DNA from: Microthyrium microscopicum
Taxonomy: Eukaryota
Direction: 5' to 3'
Assembly: GCA_010405405.1 (NCBI GenBank)
Contig: MU004234.1
Coordinates: 602,993-666,992, forward strand
Length of the DNA: 64,000 bases
Below are positions 38,692 to 49,790 of this stretch, piece after piece. The translations under genes and the position numbers were made by a program. Positions within the stretch are counted from its first letter, which is position 1. Every line of letters starts with the position of its first letter. The notes beneath the pieces are model-generated. The model saw nothing but the letters and a program-made list of their open reading frames with translations. It was not told where the DNA came from and searched no databases.

Positions 38692-39269
38692 AGAAAATGC
38701 TTGGTTTTCGAGTAGGTAGGCTTGGTGGTTGAAATGAAATGTGTTTTCTATATTCATGTTTTTACTATTTGAATGATTCTTGACCTACCAACCAGCCCAT
38801 ATACATATTGGATATGATTCGATTATATATCAATATTATCATCTTTCCACCATGCACCAGTCCACGTTCAATTTTGCGAGACTGCCATGTATGACAAGTC
38901 CTGCACTTGTCAAATGAGTTTAACAGCATATACCTTAGTACTTGCTTGCTAGTATGGGTTACCAGGGGAAGAGATTTGACATCATGAACAGCATGACAAT
39001 AGTCTGCAACCAAAGAAGTAGTCTCTGCGAGGTTCAAGATACTCTTCACCGCTATAATCCAATCATACGAAGTTGGTAAGAGCTAAAGTAGAATTCTAGT
39101 ATGGTTAGCAAGAGAATAGGTTAACATTATAGGTAGCATGGCAATAGTTTACAAACTAGGAAGAAATTTCTGTAAGATTCAAGATATTCTTCACTGCCGG
39201 GCATTAATCAAACGACAGATCGGCAAGTACTAGAGTAGAAATGAAGAGTCCACATACGATAGGCAGCTT

Positions 39270-39355
39270 TTGGTGTCAGTGAAGGGCCGAACCTGATATC
39301 AATAGTACCATCCTTTCTCACCACACATAAATTTGTTTCTGCCACATATATATAG
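39270..39355 (+). promoter_or_regulatory. Conserved upstream module, copy 3, ending in a TATA box
   Basis: ttggtgtcag..gaacctgatatcaatagtaccatcctttctcaccacacataaatttgtttctgccacatatatata. Confidence 0.6.
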
Positions 39356-39440
39356 CGCTCCCTGGCCTCCCAATAATGAAATGTAACCATCACCCTTTCA
39401 CAAAACCATATACACACAAACATCTTGAACAACCACCACC

Positions 39441-39816
39441 ATGAAGTTCTCCAACCTCATCTCTCTATCAGTCCTCTCCACCCTCACCGCCGCCGCCACT
39501 CTCAACACCGCCAAAACCTATCCAGTGGGCGGAATGATGTTTTGCGCAAAAGCCGGCAAAAACCCAGAACGAATCCTAGGCATAGGACATCCCCAACATC
39601 ACCAGAAAATGCTGTGAGGCGCAGCTCGGGCTAAAATACAACCCTTATCCTAAGTATATGCCCCAGTCATGCGGCTCATATCAAGAACTCACTCCCCGAC
39701 TCGAGCAAAGTTTCAGAGATTTCGACACGTGCTGCAAAGATCATCAGCTGGAGTACGCACAGTGGACTCGCAAGGAGCTGATCGATTTGTATTGGAATGT
39801 GCCAAATAACAAGTAA
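39441..39816 (+). pseudogene. Secreted cysteine-rich paralog 3 with a +1 frameshift (pseudogene or sequence error)
   Basis: MKFSNLISLSVLSTLTAAA..MFCAKAG..GH continues in the +1 frame (C-run 39591-39594) as PNITRKCCEAQLGLKY..SC..DFDTCCKDHQLEYAQW..NNK*, homologous to paralogs 1 and 2. Confidence 0.78.
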
Positions 39817-40379
39817 TCGCTCGAGTTGTTAGGGTCGACGCTCTGTTTCTACCATCACTGAGCAATGCTGTCTTGAGCTACCTGTTACTATGGCATAAGA
39901 TTCGCTCTTGATGCTATCGAATTCCCTGCCGAGTGAGTCCGTGGGCTTTCTGGGGATCTTATTTGGAAGACATGACGAAGTGCTGCGAGGAACATAAACT
40001 GGAGTCTAGTGCGTAGGATCATTATGGATAGCCCAGCAAAGGAGAACAGTTGGAGCATCTGGCTAGGAAATGTTTGTTTTTGAGATTTTACGTCTGACTT
40101 GATAGGGATACGGATGTAAAGGTACCTCGTATGATCGACAAGTAGGACGATATATTCCAATCTAGAAACGTCTTGCTCATAATCAAAAAGATATGAACAC
40201 GAGAACATGTTCAATCATAACATTTTCGTAACCTAGTACAAACGATTCTTGTGGTAACATGCAGCTGGGACGTTGTATAAATCCAGCCTGATATGAAATA
40301 AGCCCCCTGCCCCTGGTCTTGGTCCACCACCCGCATTGACATTCGCAAGGTCAAGACTGAGTACTCACCAATAAAAAGC

Positions 40380-40386
40380 AAAAAAA
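40380..40386 (-). terminator. RNA polymerase III oligo-T terminator of the 5S gene
   Basis: T7 run 2 nt downstream of the 5S 3' end, followed by a T5 run. Confidence 0.8.
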
Positions 40387-40388
40387 GA

Positions 40389-40507
40389 ATGTACAGCAGT
40401 CGGGGTTCCTGTGCGGTCACCCATCACAGTACTAATCAACCGGTTCGAAGCTTAAATAGGGCGGAGCGGACGGGACGCCTTGTATTCTTCGACCTATGGC
40501 CGTACAT
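40389..40507 (-). rRNA. 5S rRNA gene (dispersed copy, 119 nt)
   Basis: ATGTACGGCCATAGGTCGAAGAATACAAGGCGTCCCGTCCGCTCCGCCCTATTTAAGCTTCGAACCGGTTGATTAGTACTGTGATGGGTGACCGCACAGGAACCCCGACTGCTGTACAT. Conserved CCATA, TCCCGTCCGCTC, TTAAGC, TTAGTA, TGGGTGACC blocks; helix I ends pair; followed by oligo-T. Confidence 0.92.
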
Positions 40508-40615
40508 GAAAGAAGATCGTAAACTTTGAGTACATATATGCATACTCAAGATCATGTTCACTAGCTAGGCTTCTTTCCCCATCCACCGTCCATCAAGCAA
40601 TGCACAATTAGGTTA

Positions 40616-42575
40616 TTAAAAAGCCAATCCTGCACCATCCACTTGACTTGGATCATGAGCAGGTTGAAATGTCCCATTCCACAACTGCCGCACCGCCTGC
40701 GCTGTCGACCCACCAGGCGCCGTCCAAGAAACGTTACTCCCCAAACTTTTGATATAGGCCACAGTGCTATTATCAAAGCTGTAGTCAAAAGACACAACCG
40801 GCGGCACCAACTGGTCGTGGAAGCGCGGCTGGTCTAGGGCCTCTTGTGGAGTCATGTTCCAGTCGAGCACGTACCAAAGGCTCTCAAAGATAGCAGTGAT
40901 GATCCGCGAGCCTCCGGCGGCTCCAGTTGCAAAGTAGAAGGTTGAGTTGTCGAGGTGTTCGACAATAGTAGGGGTCATGGAGGAGAGAGGTGTTTTGCCC
41001 GGCTTGATGTAGTTCTCTGGGGACGAGATGTAGCCGAATTCGTTGGATGTGCCTGGAATGGAGAAGTCATTCATTTCGTCGTTGAGAACGATGCCGGTTT
41101 CGGGGACCATGACTGTGGAACCAAAGTAGGCGTTAACTGTGGATGTCATGGAGACAACCATTCCGTTGCTGTCGGCGGCGACCATGTGTGAAGTTCCAGA
41201 GCTAGTGAGCTTGTCAGTACTGAAATTGATGATAGAGGGTTAGTGCGTACTCTACTGGAAGCACGAGACCGGCGGGATCGTAGTATGATATGTTTTGGGT
41301 TTGAGTGTCTGATATCTTTGCTCGATTTGCCGCTGCTGTGGTCGCATTGATCATTTCGTCCTCAAATTCAGGCATACCGGCAACGAAATATGGGTCAGCA
41401 AGATATAATCGCTATATTCACGAATTTTAGCTCACCGCATCATCCAACTATCGGATTCGAGTAGCTTACCTGACCATATGCGAATTTCAAAGCTTCGTCT
41501 GCTCTATGTGTGCTCAAGTTCTTCAGTGATGGCTCTCCGATGTCCGAGTATCCTTCGATAAGTTTCATCGCACTTAACACAACAGGACCAGAGGAAGGCG
41601 CGGTACAAGAAGTAACTTTGAAACCTCGATATGTGATCTCTATGGTTGGCCGGATTTTCACTTTATAGTCGTTGAGATCTTCCACGACCATTGTTCCATT
41701 GTGTGCTTGGGTGGCGGCGACAGTCGTCTCTGCAATTGATCCGGCGTAAAACGCATCTGCTCCTTCTAATGCTATTGTCTCTAGCGTGTCTGCAAACCTC
41801 GTCCTTTTCAAAGTGTCTCCAAGTCCTAGGAGCGTGCCATTTGGAGCGAAATCAGCTGCCCATGCAGGATCTGTTTGCAGAAAGGTTGCACCTTGCATTC
41901 TTGAGTACAAGTCCTGATCGATAATGAAGCCGTCTTTAGCCAGTTTTATGGATGGGGTAAACAGATCTCTCCATTCTAGGTTGCCATATTTGTTGCTCAT
42001 GTATTCAAAGCCGCGAAGTTCTCCAGGGACACCACTATTTTCAGTCATTATAAAATTCGAGACGTTTCTTGCAAAATATGCTCACACTGCTAGACCACCA
42101 ATAAGCGATCCATTGTAGTTACCATCATACATATCCTGATAGGCGGCCGCTGGTGCGATTTCACGAAAGTCGACCATTTCGTAGGAACCATTAGATCCTC
42201 GCACCAATGCAAAGCCACCACCACCAATACCACTATGGTACATTGCTTATGTATAATTAGCCATCGTTGGTTTTTTAGAGTTCGAAACACTTACCAACTG
42301 TGCCTGTGCATAATTGAGTTCCTATTGCCTATCTCAAATCAGATATCACACCAGACATTACAAATTTGGAAAATGCTTACCGCATCTACAGCATTGCCTC
42401 CTGCCTTCATTAGATCGATGCCAATCTGACTACATAGTTTGTTTTCCGAAGCTACCGCCCCGGACTTGACCCATCGCTGGCCAATTATCGCTGCTCCGCA
42501 TAGGTCTGCCTCCCATACGAGGCAATGGAGAGCTAGCAGAACAAATACGTTCCGGATATTAATCATTATGAACAT
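40616..42575 (-). CDS. ggt: Gamma-glutamyltranspeptidase (multi-exon)
   Basis: GAVASENKLCSQIG..GGNAVDA|AIGTQLC..|MYHSGIGGGGF..DFREIAP, GVPGELRG, APSSGPV, RLYLADP, catalytic DSG-TSH, STVNAYFGS, LNDEMNDFS, PLSSMTP, GAAGGSRII, PRFHDQL. Frame intact at the introns checked; start may be 42566. Confidence 0.93.
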
Positions 42576-43552
42576 GCAAACAAATTATATGTATTAAACT
42601 TCGAGGTGAAGTATTTCGGTTACTCAAAAATGCAAACCCGGGTACCCGCCATGGTTATCAAGGAACGACCCAGTATGCCGGATGACGTCCGTGAGGCCAT
42701 GGTACATGTGTGGAGGTGTAGGTATCCAGATTTCCAGTAGTTTACTCATCTGTAGTAGTGGCATGTACGAGGTCGATCTTCAGAGTGCCGTTATCAACGT
42801 TCACTTGCGGCGTGAGATTGCAGATCCATGCAGTAGCTTCGCTGAGCTGAAGCTGCAATTGGTGGTTGAAAGCGGAGATGCCAGGGAGCTTTCAGAGTTC
42901 GTGGTCACTTTCCTACTTTGGACTAATCCTCGGATATCAATCAAATGTTGGTTGGTAGACGGCCTAGGCGAAAATCAGTTTAGTGTGTTGTTGTGCCGAC
43001 TTCATACAGATATCGGGGTTATGATTCCTAAGCCAGCACGGCCGGCATCTTGATGGGTGTTTTTCTACATAGCAAGGGCTGCGGCGAAAACAAAACCAAA
43101 AATGCTGAGAGTTATATTGATTCTAATTTCTGCACGACACGGAGGGCAAGTCTCAAGCATTGAGATATTGCATCGAAGGTGACTGGCGTTTTTGCGTGGA
43201 TTTGTCCGCTGCGTATCCTATAAGGCTGAAGGTCGTAGAGTACAACCTGTTATAGGACTCCAACGACGAAATGACATGTTAAACGCGAATATTTAGGATT
43301 TCGCATCGTTACGAAGGCACAAGATGGCACATATGAAGAAGATGTTCAAGTGCGATGGATCCCGCCGAATAATGCGATGGGTATTTCCCGATTTCACCAC
43401 GAAATTACCAGCCTTGCCAGGCGTGCTGGCTCTTAGCAGTAAGATGTTTTATAGACAGAGCATTTTGACAATCTGCTGATGGTATAATTAGGCCGATACT
43501 ATTACTTCATATGTGAAATCTCATTCTAGCACCAAAGCCTAGTCCATTTCAG

Positions 43553-44834
43553 TCATATTACCACAACTGTAGGCTCGTTTTTAAGCTCGTTGTCTGAACC
43601 TCCAACTATTGACGCATTCACAAATGTAGTCACTTGTGCGCGATTCTGGACTTTCTGTAATCCTAGAAGCAGGACTTGAAGCTTCAAGATGAGTATCACT
43701 GCCGCCAACTTGGCCAGAGTCCAATAGCCTCCCCATCGGTTGACTATGTCGTCATGAAGCTCTCTGGCTGAGTCGAGAACGGTCTCCTGTCGACCGTGAG
43801 CAACATGGATATGTCCAAAGACAACAAGTCGTGGTCGAACTTTATGGATTCTTTTGGCAAGAAACACGCAACCTGCATTTTGGATAGCGGTAGCATCGAG
43901 ATAGAGCCTTGGAGGACCTATATGTGGTCAGTAACTCTGTGCGGTGGAGTGTTTCTACAAAATCAAGCATCCGCCGAACATCTGGGTAAGATGGTTGTTT
44001 ATAAAAGCTCCTTATCGCAATTCATGCCAGCAATAGTGAAGTATGGGAGCATTCGAACGTAATGGGGTCCACCAGGTGTTTTCAATTTTCGCCGGTCGGA
44101 AATAAAGCTGTTTTGCGCAAAGAGGATCTTACCATGTGTGACTAAAATGTCGACATCATACGGTATACGATGAGCCCTGCACGCTGTCAATATGACAGGA
44201 CTTCTGGATGGCAGAGAGGCACATCTCACCAAATATCTTCCTCGCCGGGATATTGAAATGCTGAGTTGCCGTACTTGGGCGTGTATGGACTTCCGAACAC
44301 TGTAAGCTTACGAGATGATCCGCCAAGATCAATTGTCAAGGTTGTGGAAGTGTCTTGCAGATATTTCACACTTTTCCAATCCAAATCGGCTGCGCTCTGT
44401 GTTTTCCCATATCTTCGCTCTGGGAATTTGCGTAGGAATGCTTCATCAAGAACTACATCATGATTTCCAGCGATCAATATCTTGTGGTTATGGGGCTGGG
44501 ATGCGAGCCAGTTTAGCTGAGTTTGAAATTCGTCAAAATTGCCTGATATTGTTAGTTTGTGTCTACAAATTCCACATGATGGAAAGCATTCAAAGGGTCG
44601 ACCAGCAGATACTAATAGCTCACCATTTTCTGTCAAATCGCCTGCATGTATGAGAACATCTCCTAACGACAGCTTCGGTTGTTTGTTATGTGAATCCGAG
44701 ATGCAGACGATAGTCACTGCTTGAGGCGGTGTCGTTGGTTTGAGGTTATGGAGCGGATGATGACGGAGAAGTGTAGCTGCCCATTTCGCCAGGCGTTGAC
44801 CTGGTATCTTGATATTTCTCGGCGTGGTAGCCAT
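43553..44834 (-). CDS. Calcineurin-like metallophosphoesterase (MPPED/239FB-like), 4 exons
   Basis: VCISDSHN, LIHAGDLT, IAGNHD, FGSPYTP..AFQY, DILVTHG|PP..LD..GC, VVFGHIH, FVNAS. First intron 44543-44623 is in frame. Confidence 0.88.
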
Positions 44835-45277
44835 CCTTGTGGTATAATATCGGTAAGTGTAGGCAGCAAGATTGACGTGAGGCTCTCAACCTTCAAGAGA
44901 AGGGCGGATTGGGTCACAGTGACTTTTTCAGGCGACAAACGTGTTGTGGCAAGGCTCGCACCTTGATACCTACCTAGGGGGTTTGCACCATTTAGGCCGA
45001 TTAGTACGATATGCAAACACAGAGTTTGCGGGTGGCGGTCCCATCGAATGCAGTCGGATGGCTAAATGTTCGATTGCCGATATTTCGTCTGACAGCTATC
45101 AGGTCACTAGCAAACATTGAAGCAGACTGAAGAAAGCCGGCAAAGGTCATAAAAGGTATGCAAGGCTTAGTCTAACTGCTACCTATCTCAAATATTATAC
45201 AAGAATGAAGCTCGACAAGACAGTCCGTCCCATCAATAATCTCAACCAACTACAATCGAACTGCTCCCACAAGGCGC

Positions 45278-45712
45278 TTAAACCGCAGGAGTAGTGCTCC
45301 ATCCAGGAATAAAGCTAAGCAAATACGATCCAATGCTGCCAAGAAGACTGTATTCCCACGACAAAATCCCAGAAACACCACCATAAATGCTGCTAAATAA
45401 CGTAGAGAACAGACTGTACGCAGTGCTGAGATAGTACGTAAGGTCCTCGACGGGACTATCTCTGATAGCCTTGACACTGATCAAGCCCTGCGCATCACTG
45501 AATTGCGGATATTCCTTGGCCAGCTGGCGGCTAAGCTCCGGTCGTGACGCAAGCAGTTTCTCAACTTGTGGCAGCAGACCGAGCATTACTTGGTGTTGTT
45601 TCTCAGCGGGGATTTTGGTGAGTGCGATGGAGAGGGGGTTGTTGAGTGTGTTTGTTGGCGCGGCGGCAACGATTGCTGCTAGAGCGGTGATGAGGAGGGC
45701 TTTGAATTGCAT
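45278..45712 (-). CDS. Small secreted cysteine-free protein (144 aa) with hydrophobic/amphipathic C-terminal third
   Basis: accATG after a CA-rich leader and upstream TATA; signal MQFKALLITALAAIVAA. Confidence 0.8.
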   Translation of the reverse strand: MQFKALLITALAAIVAAAPTNTLNNPLSIALTKIPAEKQHQVMLGLLPQVEKLLASRPELSRQLAKEYPQFSDAQGLISVKAIRDSPVEDLTYYLSTAYSLFSTLFSSIYGGVSGILSWEYSLLGSIGSYLLSFIPGWSTTPAV

Positions 45713-46512
45713 GGTGTTGGTTTTGTTGTTGTGGTTTTGATAAATGAGTGACTGGTAAAAGAATGTGATTGATTGGATGATGTCGATACTTTGGTTGGGT
45801 GGGTTTGGGGAGCGTTATATATAATAGGACCGAATGTAAGGCTTGTCGTATACCATTTGGTCTGGCTGGTGTTTACGGCCGCGAGTTAAGATCTGGTAGA
45901 CTGGCTCATCTTACTTGCCAGTGTTCTTGGATCCCTCAGTATTGCATGACAAATGTACGAAAGGCGGGCTTGGTGTACAGAACCCAGGTTTATTTTTGCC
46001 GAGTCTGCGTAAGTAATAAGGCGAACGACCATTTTTAGAGTAAAACTGGGCATTGGAAGGGTTCATTGGATGTAGCGAAAGACAAAGGCATTCGGGTATA
46101 TTAAAGTAACCCTGGTGGACATCATGGCTTGAACCAGGGTTCACAGTTATGGTGATATTCTACCTATAAAACGTTGTCCAATGTTGAGGTTTCTTGAAAC
46201 ATTCCATACGGAGGCTCCATATGCTGATGCTAGTAACTCCACATCAGAACCGGGAAACCTGATTCTGCTTTTCGTCCGAGCCTAAGAAGGCCCAACTTAT
46301 TCGTTGAATGTGGCAGTGTCGTAAATATCTGGACGGTTCGTGCGACGGAAAGGTGATATTTCCAGGTACCACTTTATAAAGGTATTGGATTGCCCTAGCA
46401 TTCTGCGCAGTCCATTAAGTTTTCGGAGGCATAGTTTTCTGTGAAGCGGAATTCTGCACTCAGTCGATGGAAGGCGTGTCTTTGAACGATGTGTCAAAGC
46501 CTGAAGGACACC

Positions 46513-47884
46513 TCATCCAAGGAATGCGGCGAACAATAGCGACAACAAGCCCACGAACGATAGGCTAGGAACCATCGAAGAAACCTCGCTCTTCTTGGTA
46601 GAACTTGTCGAGGGTGAGTTGCTGGAGCTACTCGATGAATTTCCTGTACCAGCATGGAAGTCACTGGCATTTCCAGCTGTTGGCGTAGGTACTGCGCTGG
46701 TCACATTCGTCGCTTGCTTGGCCGAGACTGCGCTGGCATTGACGGCCGAACCTGAAAGAGGATCCCGATACCAGTTGGCCGGAGGATCTCCTAAGCACTC
46801 GCCGACCGTTGCTGTGGTATATCCATATTTCTTGAGATTGGTTATCATGAATGGCACTAGCTGTGTCACTGTTTGCTGATGGATGTCGTGGGATAGAACG
46901 ATGTAAGAGCTGGTAGCCGGTTTGTTAGAGGAAATAGGGCCGAGGAAGTTATTTTGCGCTGCGTTGTAGTCACCTTGCCAGTCAAGGGTGTCAAGGTCTT
47001 GGTTGACCTGTTCTGTGTCAGCATCTATCTTGATTGTCACTGACTCAAACTTACGACATGATAGCCCAGTGTTTTGAGGTCAGAGAGAACATCCGGGTTG
47101 GTGTAAGTATATGGGGGCCTCAGATATGTCGGGAAGAACCCAAGGATGTTCGTGAGAGCAACTTCGTTCTTGGTAATCTGGTCGATTCGCTGAGCCGATG
47201 TCATTTGAGTAAGATCCTGATGAGCCCAGGTATGACTGCCAATCTGATGCCCGTCGGCGATCATTCTTTGGAGGATTGGCGAATATCCGCTTGATGAAAG
47301 ATCTATTTCACCCTTACCACCATTGATAGCCACCACGAAAAAGGTTGCCTTTACTCCCGCCGCTTTGAGAGTGTCGAGTATCTGGGTGGTGTATAAATAT
47401 GGACCGTCATCGAAAGTCAACGCTACCTTCCCAGGCGTGGTGCAATGCGTAATAACAACTCCATATGGGACGTTTCCAAACAGCGGCCGAGGGTCAGCTT
47501 TCGTTGATTTGCCCGGTGGTACTACATTTGCATCGCAAGCCGGTCCCCATTGCCATAAACAGGCCGGAGCGTCGCAGTAATATCCTCCCGTACCACATAG
47601 TCCCTTAAGCAAGGTAAGCAGGGAGATATACCAGTCACATTGAGGAGACTTACATCTTGGGAACAACACTGGCTAGCAGGGCAAACAGCTCCTCCTCCTG
47701 ATGGACCACATTTTTGACCTTGTCGTTTTACCAGTTCTCCTTGTCCAGGCGTCCGCCACCGTGCAAAAGGGCTCGATGAATCAGCATCTCCAGGAAATCG
47801 AGCGCCTGTAAACTCGAGCTCGAAACCGCGAACTTGTGACAGTAATGTCAACCCAAATGCCAGTATGGAAGTGGCTGAAGGCAT
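46513..47884 (-). CDS. Chitin/polysaccharide deacetylase (CE4) with hevein-like CBM18 and probable GPI anchor
   Basis: Signal peptide; CGPSGGGAVCPASQCCSQD|GLCGTGGYYC (intron 47604-47653); TFDDGP, HTWAHQDL, YLRPPY, (intron 47008-47054) DTLDW, VLSHD; Ser-rich stalk and hydrophobic tail. Confidence 0.92.
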
Positions 47885-49035
47885 ACTGAAAAGAGAAGGT
47901 GTTCAGTTCGAAACGTGTCGAATGTACGACAACGCCACAATATTTTTGGTGTACCAGAGGCACACTTCAAGTCCAATGTGTAAGAAACGTGCGTGGTTCA
48001 ACGACTACAATGTTTTGATATTCCTCCTTAGCGAGCGTGTTGTACCAGAATTTTCGGCGACCAAGCTTTGATCCAAAGAAGTGTTAAGAAGAAAAGTCCA
48101 GTACCTGAATATGTCATCAGCAGCGCCAGCGAAGGACTTGGATGAAAGGTAGTTAGCAGAATGTAGTAGATACAAGTTCTTGGCGGAGGGAGATATCCTA
48201 CGCCTTTTAGCTAAAGACTGCCACAGTGGGAATAAACATTTTGGGGCCAGGCATAACCAGTATCCCTAAAATTTGATCCAAAGCGAAAGGAGTTGGGTCG
48301 GCCCACTTGATGCACGAGCCGGATCGCCATCCTGTCTATCGACATTATCCTGCGCCTCTCTACAACTGGCGATGCAGGAGCCAATGAAGGAGTTGATGAG
48401 ACAGCCTTAAGGCTCTGGCGCCCAGTGTCGTGATTTTGGCGGCGTTCAGCGAATAGCAAAAGTCCCAGCATCCCTGAAAGTTCCTGGCCCCGTCCTAGAC
48501 TTTAGTACGCACAGACAGACCTGACGATGCTTTAAAGGATGATATACAACAGGGTTGTCCAGATCCCGAGTTCCTTCGATGCTGAACATATCTCCATATA
48601 GATGATACGGATCCTACATGAGACGAATTATCCGCAGTCTCTGCAGGAGCAATTTTGCAGGTCAAATACTTGTAGAGTCTTGTTCAATGCGACTGATCCA
48701 AAGAAAGCGAAATGATCAAAGATCCAGGGTGATGAAGTTGGTTCAAAATGTTAGTGCTGAGGCCAGAAGTGAGCCACCAGATGCATGGCAGTGGACCCGT
48801 GTTTGCAGGCTTCCAACCACAAGCAGTTACCTCAGCCTTGGGGCAGGGATTTCGGGGCCAAAAGGGGAATTTGGCGGCTCTTTAGCTCAAGACAAGCTTT
48901 CTGGGAGGATCAGGTCTGGGCTGAGACCCCGACCAATCCTGACAACTCCTTTTCACACGATGTTGAATCTCACGGTGAGTCGACTGCGGCGTTGTGGTGT
49001 TCAGAAATTCTTCTGAGCGAGGTCGACTTGGAATT

Positions 49036-49790
49036 GGAGGACAAGTTTCCACACACCCTACGTCGCGGCACCCCAAGATTCCACACACCCCCCAAGGGTC
49101 GCTCAGACCCCGTCACTAAGGACGCCCCAACCGTCGCCAAAATCAAAGTCCTTAGTGGTAGCTGCACCTAAACCAATGACTTGAAATCCGACGATTCTGG
49201 GAGTTGTTACCTTGTTAAAGCGCGTTCTAAACGCGTCGAGCCTGTTCAGAAAATCAATTAAAATGGCCAAAATGTTCGTTTGAAGACGTGCCTTAAAGCG
49301 ATAAAGACAAAGATAAAAGACAAAGATAAAAGACAAAGATAAGGCTAAAGAAGAGGCCTTTTAACGGTATTAAAGAAGACGCGCGCTCGTTCTAGACGTG
49401 AATTTAAGAAAGAATCGAAAGGTAAAGTAAGGAAGAAGAACGAATTAAAGGATCGCGAGTTAAGGATAACACGCCAAGCCTTAATAATTTTGTAGCCTCT
49501 TATTGGCTAGCCATTATCGATAAGATTCGATAAGATAAGATTAAGCTTCGTTGAGTCAAATATCTAAAGACCAAAAACCAAAATCAAAAACAGATTTTCA
49601 GGAAGGATTCAAAGAGACCCATGAGCATTAGCCGTCACCAACGGGAGCCATTCCTAAAAAGGGTTGATTTCTTTGCGCTAAGGAGACGCCATACAAAGGT
49701 GAAAAGACCATTTTTGGGGCCGAGCCACCCTTGGGGGGTGCGCGGAAGCAAAGGGTGCCACTGGGTAGGGTGTGTGAAAACTTCTCCTCC
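49036..49790. mobile_element. Degenerate inverted-repeat element with RIP-like AT-rich core (probable transposon relic)
   Basis: Arms 49036-49111 and 49716-49790 are inverted copies (about 80% identical by hand count). Core has a 13-nt tandem repeat (aaaagacaaagat x3) and appears TpA-rich and CpA/TpG-poor. No transposase or target-site duplication seen. Confidence 0.5.

Noticed and set aside
38765..39200. AT-rich spacer between paralogs 2 and 3 as a fourth paralog or spliced gene
   Set aside because: No signal peptide, no matching cysteine skeleton and no copy of the upstream module found.
40441..40450. GGTTCGAA as a tRNA T-loop
   Set aside because: No cloverleaf; it is the reverse complement of part of the 5S gene. 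Other GTTCGA hits checked (e.g. near 2741, 9085, 54196) lack T-stems, so no tRNA was called.
41200..41255. Possible frameshift before the catalytic Thr of GGT
   Set aside because: A phase-2 intron (GA|gtacgc...cactag|C) restores D-S-G-T-S-H, so the gene is intact there.
40616..47884. GGT, metallophosphoesterase, secreted protein and deacetylase as a biosynthetic gene cluster
   Set aside because: No backbone enzyme (PKS, NRPS, terpene cyclase, RiPP precursor with DUF3328), transporter or regulator; co-orientation alone is not evidence.
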